This document shows positions 1-10,600 of a stretch of 64,000 nucleotides of DNA, piece after piece; position 1 is the stretch's first letter, and each line of letters starts with the position of its first letter. Below the pieces are notes generated by a model. That model made no database searches, was not told where the DNA came from, and saw nothing but the letters and a program-made list of their open reading frames with translations. The DNA lies in NCBI GenBank assembly GCA_905178155.1, contig CAJINV010000004.1:1874391-1938390 (forward strand), given 5' to 3'. A program made the translations under genes and the position numbers. Origin of the DNA: Amoebophrya sp. A120 (lineage: Eukaryota > Protista > Dinoflagellata).

Positions 1-364
1 CATGCAGGGGGCTAGAAAGGATGCCCCGCTGCGAAGGTGGAGGGGGGGGTCCGGGGGGGGCTTGCCCCCCCCGGCCACATACCTCCCTGGCCAGGTGGCC
101 AGTTTGTCATGCAGGGGGCTAGAAAGGATGCCGGAGCACGGCCGAGCCGGAGGAGGCAAGCGACCCAGCCGGAGCACGGCCCGAGCCTCACCTTGTGGAC
201 TCCTTGCAGGATGCAGTGTTTCGAGTGCGCAGAGCAGCGGCGACGGCATCCTCATCCAGCGACGCAACAAGTACCCCCGACACCACCACAGCGACGCTGG
301 ACGGGAAACAGCGAGCATGTTGTTGGCGAAAATCCGAAAGGAAAAATCGAAACAAACGACCGAA

Positions 365-590
365 TATCAAATGCAAAAATGTCTGGGTCTGGAAGAATAC
401 AAGTTTGTCATGCTTGGCCGGTAATACAGAAAAGTCTGTGATGCTTGTTGCGCTACAACGTCGCTTGTTTGTCATGCAAAGAGGCCATTTGTCATGCGCT
501 TAGCGCTAGACATAGCCGCTCAGAAACTTGTCATGCACAGCTTCGCAACACAGTTTGCGGAAACACAAACCTTATTGGGTTTTCGCCGGA
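365..590. mobile_element. Introner family A, decayed right end
   Basis: Intact left TIR TATCAAATGCAAAAATGTCTGGGTCTGGAAG; body resembles 61984-62227; right boundary approximate. Confidence 0.55.
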
Positions 591-1380
591 AAAATGTAAG
601 TGATATGAGGAGTATGACATCCTCAAAGAACACAAATGTACAAGAACACGCTACGACGTTGAATTTTCATCCAGTACTTTCACAAACTGTTTTAATTTTA
701 TAAGTATACAGGTATCCGTCTCGCCTAAGGGTAAGGGATAAAAAAGTGCAGCGCAACTCAAGAAAGAAACGTGTTATCATCATCGGCCATTCAGTCACGC
801 TTTCCAAAAAGCTTTAACCTAATGGAAAACCTCGGCTACTGATGTTCGTTTTGCGGCAGGCCAAGGATTCACCTAAAAATACAATGGAGGTTTCTCCCTC
901 GCCGATTCCATAAAAGCTAAAGCGTTCACTCTTCCTATGGTTCGGATCTGGAGGCACAGCCCAGGAGAAGCTCGCTCAACCTCCAGAAGCTATTGCATTC
1001 GACATCGTTTCTCATTTTTGACTCCGTCATCCTCTCACACAGAATCCGCAGAGGATCGATCCGGCCAAGGAAGAACACAGAAGATCTCCTGATTGCGTTT
1101 CATCTATTCTATTTTGCGTCCGATGAATCCATTCATATATGGATTTTTATCTTGTTTGTGTCCTTCATCGAAAAAAAAGATGTCGAGGAGCTAAATATTA
1201 AATCAGTCGGATGAAAAAGCTGGACGTGATAGCGACATATGATCAAACGCTGCTAAAAGCCAACAAGTGAGAAGAAATTTAACCTCGCACCCCATCATGT
1301 CGTATCCGTTTTCGTGTCATTTCTGCGTTTGATTTTTTCGTGTTTTGCAATTTCAATCGTTTAACCCCGGCGCTCGCAGC

Positions 1381-4300
1381 ATGCCGCTCGAAGGAGAACG
1401 AGGAGAGGGGATCGTGGATCCCTACACCAACGGAAACGAAATCAACCCCTACGCAACTGGGTTCGGAAACCAAAGCACGCAGATGGTCAACCACGAGGAG
1501 CGGCGCCAGATTGCGCTCCTGCAAGACCGGAACAAATTCCACGGCGATCATCTGACTTCGGATGGAAATCAGTGCCAGTATCACGATCCCGATGGAGTGA
1601 AAAACCCCTCGTCCAAGAGTGGCAACTCGGCCCTCTTGCCGATCCTTGCCAGCGTTTTCGGCGGTATTTTGCTGTTCCTGGGCGGCAGCTTTCTCCTATT
1701 TCTCAGCCAAATCGACTGGGACGACCCAGAGCTCCGAGAATTCACCTTTGATACCTTTTTCCACCGGCATATTCTCTTCGTATGCATTGCAAAAGCATCG
1801 CACTCGTAATCAACAATTTAGGGATGCATGACAAAGGAAGCAGGCTTCTTAGGTCAATCAGCATCAGCAAAGCAAAATCCTTGACTTAAAAGAAAATTTG
1901 CATGGCTTGCAACCTCTAAAACAAAACTACATCGGAAACTATCCTCGTTCGGGAACGAGGCGCGCAGACCCCGGATTTTTTCAAAAAGTGAGAACGCAGT
2001 GAGTTTTCGTGTGGGCTCTCGTTCCGGAACCAGAAACGCTGTGAGAATTCACTGAATTGCCACTCCAGGACTTTACAAAAAGTGAGAACGCAGTGAATTC
2101 TTGCGCGGCTTCTCGTTCCGGAACGAGAAATGGAGTGAGAATTTACTGAATTCTCACTCCAGGACTTTTCAAAAAGTGAGAACTCAATGAGTTCTCGCTT
2201 GGTTTTCGTTTCGGAACGAGAAATGGAGTGAGTAGAATTCACTTAATTCTCAATCCTGGAAAATTCGCGATCCCAAAGTGGGACTTTTCAAAAAGTGAAT
2301 ATTCACTGAATTTTCACTCGATTTCTCGTTCCGGAACGAGAAGCCGAGTGAAAATTCAGTGAGTATTCACTTTTTGAAAAGAGTCACTTTTGGAGCATGC
2401 ATGTTTCTGGAGAGAGGCTTCAGCTCCCGGAGTGAAAATTTTCCGAAAGTGAAAATTCACTGAATTTTCACTTTTTGAAAAAAATCACTGTTGGATCACG
2501 AATTTTCCGGGAGAGAGACTTGAGCTCCCCGAGTGAAAATTTTTAAAAAGTGAAAACTCAGTGAATTTTCACTCGATTTCTCGTTCCGGAACGAGGCCTC
2601 GTTCTGGAACGAGAAATCGAGTGAAAATTCACTGAATTTTCACTTTTTGAAAATTTTCACTCCGGAGGCGAAGTTTTCCCGGAGCGCGAATTCGGGAAGC
2701 GGGATTTTTCCAAAAGTGAAAACTCACTGAATTTTCACTCGATTTCTCGTTCCGGAACGAGAAACCGAGAGAAAATTCAGTGAATATTCACTCCTGGAAA
2801 AATCTCACTCCGGAATTTCGAAAAGTGAATTACTAGGCTTCTGGTTCTTCCGGAACGAGGCCTCGCTGAATTACCACCCCCGAGAAAAGCTATCTCATCC
2901 CGGAATCATTCTGGAAGTGGGATTTTCGTAGAGTGGCAATTCAGTGAGTTATGACTACATGAACAAAAAAAAACCGCAAGCGCTGACCTTTTACAGCACA
3001 CACGGCAGAAATAGGGCGAGGGCTACCGATTCAAATTGCAGGAAGTTCCGTAAGCGTGTTGCTCTGTCGCTAGTAGCGTTTGCTGCATGGCGCGAAAAAT
3101 TTTTTGCGAGCCTTCTAATTGCAGCGCGCTATTGCCCGCGCCACATCGCCGAGAGGAACGCCCTGCCACACTGCCTGCAAGGTGCCTGTGGTGTCGTTGG
3201 TTCGTAAGCCACGCCTGATTTTTGTGGTTCGCAACGTCGCCCGATGTTTTGGCTTCAGTATGTTCAAAACGCTCGAAGTTGTAGCATTTGGGCTCTCGTT
3301 CCCCAACGAGGGGAGTTTCCGACGCGAAGCGGGGGGGTCTTTGCAAGTCATGAAAATTTGCATATTCAATTCCTACGTAGCTTCGAAGTTACAGATACTC
3401 TTGCAATGCATACTTCGATTTCAGCTACAACTACCACACGCGTACAATTTTCGAAAATTACACCTGCGACGATGGCACGGCCGCGGTTGGCGGGGAACAA
3501 GTCCCTATCATCGGCACGTCGGGCTTAACACGCCGTTACGACGTCCTCACGGTCTATGACCCGGCCACGAGCGGCTACGTGTTGCAGCGCGGCCAGTCCC
3601 GGCAGGTGCGTGGCCCGTACGGCAGCAAACCGGTGAAGTGCGTGTCCTGCGACCAAACGTGGCGCAAGTGGTACAAACTGCTGGAAAATCAGCAGATGAC
3701 GGTCAACATGGGACCATTCGCCTCGCCGCAAGACCAAGCCAACCCGTGGGTCAGAACGACGAGCGTGTGTGTCGAGGACGTGCGCGAGTGGCCGCTGTTC
3801 AAGTGCTATCCTCTGCAAAAGTGCAGTACTAGCAGCACAAATCGCACTACTTAACCACAAATTTGGTCTGCTTGTTCACAGATAGAGATAGAATTTGTAA
3901 TGCGGGTTTATTTCCTTCCGACTCAGAGAGTGAAGACAAAGAGATTTGTCAAGGCATGATTGCAATCAGTAGGAGTAAGACGCTTTTGCAATGCTATCCG
4001 GAAAAAAAAGTGTGTAAGTGTAACTTTCTTTCAGGAACAGCATCACAAATTTGTTCTACATGACAGAGAAAACCTGTCGTGCGTGGCTTGTAAGGGAAAA
4101 CACACATGAAAAAAGGACTTCATGGCTGTGTGGCATGACAGGTGTAAACTGTTTTGCATTTTCTGCATCAGAGATTTACACTTACACAGTTTTTTTCTTG
4201 CATAAATGCATAAGTACAAGAAGGAAGCGACCAAGCAGGAGCGGTCCGAGAATTACCCGCACCTTATCACGCAGAAAGAAGCTGCCGGAATGAGCATATT

Positions 4301-5793
4301 TCTATTTGCATTTGCAATGGAAAAATAAGTATAAACAAAAAAGTCTGTCATGGGAGAGCCCATAGCACGCTGTTTGAGATATGCAAGACAGAGAGATCTT
4401 CCTGTGTGTTTGTCTTTGCGTTTGTTCAAGCATGCCCTGCCGGCTTTTCCCTCTGTGATACACCTGATGCAGGTCGATCCCGCGACCGGAAAAAACCGCG
4501 ACCCATGGTTGTCCAGCGCGAACGCGGGGCCGGACGACCTGGGCGAGCCCCATCCGGGGGTAATGGTGTCCGCCACGCCACCTACCATGATCCACAACTG
4601 CGTCACCTGCAGTGGCGCCCGCGGGGAGGAGGCCTGGACGTGGTATGGCGTTCTCAAACGTTACATTCTCAACTGTTACATGATTTGTAATGCAAATTTA
4701 CCAGCAAGATCGCATCGCCACGATTAAGCTGCTTCGCATGACAAATCTCCGAAGGGACAGACAGCAGCTAAATCTGCGCCAAATCTGTAAGGCAAAAGGC
4801 GCAATCTTCCGCCTTTCACTTTTGCCGTTCTTGCATTTACAAATTCGTGTAACAGTTGAGAATGTAACACTTGAGAACGCCATACGTGGAATCGCGAACT
4901 TGTGAAAATGAGCCCAGTTTTGGCAGAAACGGTATCAAATGTAAAAATGTCTGGGTGGTCTGGAAGATTGCAACTTGTCATGCTAAATCTGCAGCATGCA
5001 AAAATCTGTGTTGCATGATTACCAAAAGTCGTCCAGTTTTGACCAAGTCGGGAGGTAGTTTCTCATGCAGGATAGGCATTAGAAAGGTCTCGCAGAATCT
5101 GTCACGCTAGGTCCTGCATTCCAGACCTCATGGGTCATTGAAAAGCAGCATGACAAATCGCGCATTCTTCCAGACCCAGACATTTTTGCATTTGATAAAC
5201 GGAGGTGTTCAACCATACCTTAAAGCGGATGGAAAAAGTCAAAACCTACGATCCCCATCGCGTCATCGAGGTCTACGTAGACATCAAGCGGTGCTCTCCC
5301 AAAACTATCCTGTGCAAGAGATGTAGTTCTTGAATCGTAGTCGTGTATGAAAATGAATTTATCAAATTGCTGTTTTGCAGCATGTTGGCAGATCTCGTCC
5401 TTTCCGATCCGCCTCTACACCATGGGAAATAATTTAATTTTCTTTTTAAAGTACAAGTTCGTAAAAATGCCATTTCGACTAAAGAATCCGATACTTTTGC
5501 AATCTATGAAAAAGTATGCGCGGCAGCGACAGCTGGAATGGGAAACGGGGCAGAGCCAGTCAGTCACCGAGACGCTGACCCGGATTAAAGAGCACCAGCC
5601 GCACGGCGACCGGCGGCAGCAGGAGGAGCGCTCCCGGGAGCGCGATCCCGAGTCGCGGACCGGGTTTTTGGCCCCGGAGTTGGCGCAGCAATTGGATGAA
5701 ACGCTGGCCGAGGTGGGAGCCCTGCGTGCCGAACTTGGCCAGGCGAACGCAGCTTTGGATAATCAGCTGGAACAGGCCGGACCGAGTGCGTAG
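1381..5793 (+). CDS. Multi-exon gene, uncharacterised membrane-anchored protein (N-terminal TM helix, two CxxC motifs)
   Basis: ATG 1381 (MPLEGERG...), hydrophobic LLPILASVFGGILLFLGGSFLLFL. One frame runs to the stop at 5793 if introners 1781-3412, 3807-4212, 4265-4460, 4644-4884, 4933-5197 and 5306-5508 are each removed with 5 nt (e.g. HILF|DFSYNY, YPH|LMQV, WTW|NREL, AET|EVFN). Confidence 0.75.
1781..3412. mobile_element. Introner family B (hosts hAT-like MITE)
   Basis: TATGCATTGCAAAAG...CTCTTGCAATGCATA; TSD CTTCG/CTTCG. Confidence 0.85.
1901..3352. mobile_element. hAT-like non-autonomous DNA transposon nested in an introner
   Basis: TIR CATGGCTTGCAA...TTGCAAGTCATG; 8-bp TSD AAAATTTG (1893-1900, 3353-3360); many copies of the palindrome CTCGTTCCGGAACGAG and GTGAAAATTCAC-type repeats (~1945-2870). 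Confidence 0.8.
3807..4212. mobile_element. Introner family B (hosts family F in its right TIR)
   Basis: TATCCTCTGCAAAAG...AATGCATA; TSD AGTGC/AGTAC. Confidence 0.8.
3995..4204. mobile_element. Introner family F (nested)
   Basis: TIR core AAAAAAsTGTGTAAGTGTAA; TSD AATGC/AATGC. Confidence 0.88.
4265..4460. mobile_element. Introner, singleton family
   Basis: TATCACGCAGA...TCTGTGATA; TSD CACCT/CACCT. Confidence 0.8.
4644..4884. mobile_element. Introner family E
   Basis: TIR TATGGCGTTCTCAA..GTTACATTCTCAACTGTTACA; TSD CGTGG/CGTGG. Confidence 0.9.
4933..5197. mobile_element. Introner family A
   Basis: TATCAAATGTAAAAATGTCTGGG...CCCAGACATTTTTGCATTTGATA; TSD AACGG/AACGG. Confidence 0.9.
5306..5508. 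mobile_element. Introner family B, degenerate
   Basis: TATCCTGTGCAA...GATACTTTTGCAATCTATG; TSD AAAAC/AAAAA; frame restored. Confidence 0.65.
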
Positions 5794-7615
5794 AAAATGA
5801 TTTACGTATAGTGAGTGCCCTGCTAGCTTCCTCTAGCTTTAGACGGACATAGAAAGTGGATAAAAAAGCGTGCGCTCAACTCTAATTCTAATTGTAGTAC
5901 CTACTCAACAGGACCGTTCTGTAAATACCCGAAAATGATTTCTTGAGAATTTAGCATGCTGCGAGGATGATGCAGATTCAGGTAGTATCAATCGATTTGC
6001 TATATTTTGTGGACAATTTGCTTGTGCTGTACGTCTGTTATGATCGAGCCAATCGATGCCACGATCTGCTGCTCCGTGGACAATGAATTATAATTTTGAG
6101 AATTAGGATGTAGTATCGCATTGCTCAAAACAATTACTTTAAAAAACGGTTACACTTATCTTCACCGATAGGACTTTTTGGTTTTGGAACTTTTGGCCAA
6201 CCCCGATGACACTGAATCTATCTGCAGATAAAAGTCCCGGCGAATGCCATTCTGCCAGAGGTCATGGACATGAAGCTCTGGCGTGTAGTGGTCGTCACCG
6301 ACACGCCTCACACTGACTTCTATGCAATTGCAAGTGAACAGTGTTTCCTTGTGTTGAGATCGTCATCTTTCGAAGCCAATTGTGTAATCTCGTATAGATT
6401 GGCATCCCTGCTGTCGAGCGAATTGTGAGAGCGACGCACGTCGTGAGCAGTTTTAGCCATGTCATTTAGTTGTAGGCGATTGCAGCTATACCTAAACCTA
6501 TACGCACATGTTCACACAGGTCGACAATATTTGTGGGCCAACGTGCAAAGTCGAAAGTTGCGAGCCAGTGCGCCCCCTGGTACCGCCCGCACGTTTCGGT
6601 GCTGCATGCAACACAGTCGCATCGATCTCCATGTGCATAAACGTCGAGGGTGTTTCTCGGAGAAAATAACTTCCCAGTGCGTTGTAAATCGAAGAAATGT
6701 CCTCGTGGCTCCGTCGTGCTGTGGGCGACGAAACAATTTTTTCAAACCTCATACAGCCGACTACGTACTCGCCGCCTGTCTTCTTCCGTACGTTTACATG
6801 TAGCATGTACTCAAAACGCCTCTTTGCGCGATAAGTCTTAGCTTTGCTTTATGACACTCGCATCCCAAGAGTGTCTGTTCGTCGGAAGGATCGTTCCAGC
6901 GACGTCAACCTTAATGGCACCATCAGCGTCCACATTCTGCCCTACCAGCAGTATCTTCAAAACATTGCCGGCCTCGTTGGCCTTCGTTGCAGTAAATCAG
7001 TAACAACTGCAGGACCATCACAGCGATAGGTAAGGATGAAGCAGGTCCAGGTCCAGTAAGGAACTTTTCATCGCGCCTCATCCCCGTGCTTGGTGTAATT
7101 CCTGTGCTGTTGACGCGACTAGGACTACTTAGACATCATGCCGTCTCTCACCACAAAAACGAGTCCTGGAAAGGAGCAAGCGAGCGGCTCGTCACTGCTG
7201 AATCCACCGGCGCGTTTTGCTGCAGGTAAAACTATTGTTTCTGCTTCATCACAAGAACAGCGGCTTATTGATAAACCTTTTTTATGATCCATCGGAAGGG
7301 ACAAAACTAATCAAAACTGTTGTCGTGCTTCTACTTACGCGAAGTAAAGCGCAAGAAGAATTTATACCAATCTACTGTAGGACGTACGATTTCATGCGGA
7401 CAAAAAATTATGAAAAATGATCCCAACGCTATTTTTTTTCGAGAGAGTTTTTTTTTAAACGTACGTATACTTTTCATTGTCAACCAAAACCAGGCTCCAC
7501 ACAACGACCAACTCCGTCCGTCTCCGGCAAAGTCGACCCGAATAGCGCCGCCTCTTCCCTTGTCGGGCTTCCCGCGGCCCGAATCGGCATCGAACCGCCA
7601 CGGCGCACGGCGCAT

Positions 7616-10600
7616 TTGATTTCTCCGGTGGATCACAGCGTCGTTGGTGGAAACAAGAACAGCTCTTCGTCTTCTTCCTCTAAAGGAAATAATGTGCAGC
7701 CCTCGACGTCAACGACCACAAGTGCGTCTAGAAGTGCAGCGGTCGCAAATGATCCATCCGCCGGCGGGAGACAGCAGAACCAGTTTCTCGCTGCCGCAAA
7801 CAATTCATTTATTTCTGGCAAAAACATCAAACCGAGCGCCTCTAGTACAACTGCAGGCAGCGCGGTTGTAGCACAGCAAACCGGGGGCAGCTCCAAGCGC
7901 ACGACCCGTGGCGACACGCTCTACGAAAGTCCGCGGAGCCAATATTCGACTACACGGATGGACGAAAATGCGCGAGGATTATACGACGAGGATGACAGGA
8001 ACACCACGAACGACAACTACGTCCGGGGTACCATGTACGAGAGCCCGGAGAAGGAACTGCAGGAGCTGCAACAGGAAAATAGTACTTACTCCGACCGAAA
8101 CGGAAACGTCGGAGGACCCGTAGTAGCGCCCCCTGCTACCACGACCAGCGGCGCCGGTACGTCATCCTCCTCCTTCCAAGACAAAGCGGAGCTGTTCCAG
8201 AAAGCGCAGCACTACCGACCCCCCATCAGCATGAACAACGCCAACATTCTCGAGCAGGCCGCCGTGGGACGGAAATCAGTCGCGGACCTCTCACACCGAC
8301 AGCACTTTCGTCACGCGGACGACTCGAGTATGATGCGGTGCAGAAGTGTTGTCGTCGCAGTAGTGTTGTCTTAAGTTTGCATGACAAAGAAGGCATGATC
8401 CTGTACGTATTGTCTAAAACATTTCGGACGATCAGGACGGATCGATGCCTTTGTCGAGGAAAAGGGAATGAAATTATCGAGAAAGATTGATGATTTACAT
8501 GTTCGTACACGAGAATCTTCCATCAATCTATCCGTACTTCTACCTATGTTTAGTGTACTCTACGATATCGATTCCGATACTTTTGCACCGAATATCAGGG
8601 AGCATGTTGTCCTCGTCACACAGCAGTGCGCAGGACGGATCAGAAGGCGGAGCTAACGCGAAGGAAAAGCTGGTGCGGAAGCTATGCATTGCAAAAGTAT
8701 CGTACTAGTATAAATCGCATGACAAATTTGCTCAGCGTGAGAAATGAAATTTGTCATGCTGTTTTACCTTGGAAAGGAGATTTGTAATGCATGATTGCAA
8801 TTACTACGAGTACGATACTTTTGCACAGGATAGATGCCTGATGGTAACGATCATATTTTTAGAAACACGGCTGTTGCAGCACAGGCACAAGACATGTAAG
8901 ACCGGTGAATGAAACAAGTCACTTTTCTGAGTAGGGACAGAGTAACACTTGTCCTTGTCAACCTTACCTTTGACAAAGATAGAAAAAGACCAACGGCCCC
9001 CGAGGCTCGCGGGTTCATCTTTTTTTCGTTTTTATCCTGCAAAAGCAAAACACCACCGGTCTCCGTCTCATTGTTTGAATATAGAAATTGTGCCGGTCTG
9101 CTGGAACAACAATCAAGTCGTTTTTTCACGTTTCCTATGCTACTACAGGTACTCTGCAGCGTTGCGGCTCTCCGTCGAACGCCACGAGGCGCAGCATGCA
9201 CAACTTGCATCGCAACTTCGAGAACCATCCGCGCACCACCCATATTTACGGCCACAACTACCGGGGGGCGGACGCGGCGGAGGCCATCCAGGCCGGCCGG
9301 AAAACCGCCGTCGCCGGGCAGGCAGATGCCAAATACGAGTCGCCAAAATACAAGTTCCAAGGCCCCTCGCCCGACAAAATCGACGGTCTGGCGCTTCTGA
9401 AACAGAAAAAGCTCGAGCAGGACATGAACGAGGATGGTGGCAGTGAATCCATGATGCAGAGTCGCAAGAGCCAGAAGCCGACCCCTTCGCGCTCCCTTTC
9501 TCGCGCGGCACGTGTTCGCAGAAAAAGACGGCGGACTGCGGTGCGGGAAGCGACCAAGCGCCGCACGGACGCGAGGCGAAAGCGCAATCTGGAAGACTCG
9601 ACGTCCTCGTTATCGGGGTGCACAACTCCCCGTCCTTTCCGTCCCCACCGCTCATTTGTAATGCAAAATACCAATCTACCCCGCCTTTCCCTATCCCTTT
9701 GGTACTGCCTGCATGACAGGTTCTTCCGGAAGCCGAAACAGCACTAGAGTCGGAGGTCGTGAAATTGTCATACAAGAAATGCGTTATGTTGCTGTAGATG
9801 CCATAGCCATCCAAATAAGAGGGAGCAGGGGGTCGGAGGACTTGTGCACTTTCATACTGCTCGGAAGATCATGAGGATGAGGAGCACCAGGATCACGACT
9901 CTGAGCTGGACGACATTGACGGTCAACACGAACAACATGGAAATAAATCCCGCAACTACCGACCGAGAAACGATCTCCACGACATTTCCTTCTCTCCCGA
10001 CCAAGACCGCCAGCAGCAGTTTCAGTTTCAGCAGGATCATCACGATGCTCCTCGCGAAGAGGAGCTCGGTTTTCTTGACGATCGGACGCGTGAGCCGCGA
10101 GGTGGAGGCAGCGTTGCATTAAAAGAAGGTCGACATCTTCACCAGCAAAACAACGGCCACGACACGCGTCGTGAAGAGCTGCACTATGACGAATTTCATC
10201 ACGACAGAGACGTTTATCTCGAGAACTACAACGACGGCAGCGCCTGCTCGGAGGTGATCAATTACAACAACCGGCAAAAAGATATGCATTGCAAAAGCAC
10301 CGTACCAGTAGTGCGAAGTGCATACACAAATTTTTTCAAGAACACGAATACAACTTGCCATGCTATGTCAGGCAGAAAGGATACACTTGTATGTTATGCA
10401 TGACTGCAATGACTACGAGTGCGATATTACTTTTGCAAAGCATACAGAAACAACAGCCTAAGCTTTTCACGCCAGTCGAGCTTGAGCCGGGGCCCAACTT
10501 TTACGGGTCTTCCTCCCGAAAACTGGCGCAGCACGAGGAGCTGCAGGCAAGATCACCACCCTTGCTTGTTCCCGGCGTCGGAGGGAGAAGTAGTTCTAGT

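Noticed and set aside
1945-2870. Palindromic repeat array as a CRISPR array
   Set aside because: No unique spacers, mixed orientations, no cas genes, eukaryotic context; it lies within a TIR/8-bp-TSD element.
4928-5202. Introners as Tc1/mariner MITEs with TA target duplication
   Set aside because: The TA is part of the invariant TAT...ATA termini; a separate variable 5-bp duplication lies outside it.
5800-7400. Short ORFs between genes
   Set aside because: No recognisable motifs or splice-consistent structure; no tRNA, rRNA or spliced-leader sequence recognised by eye here or elsewhere in the window.
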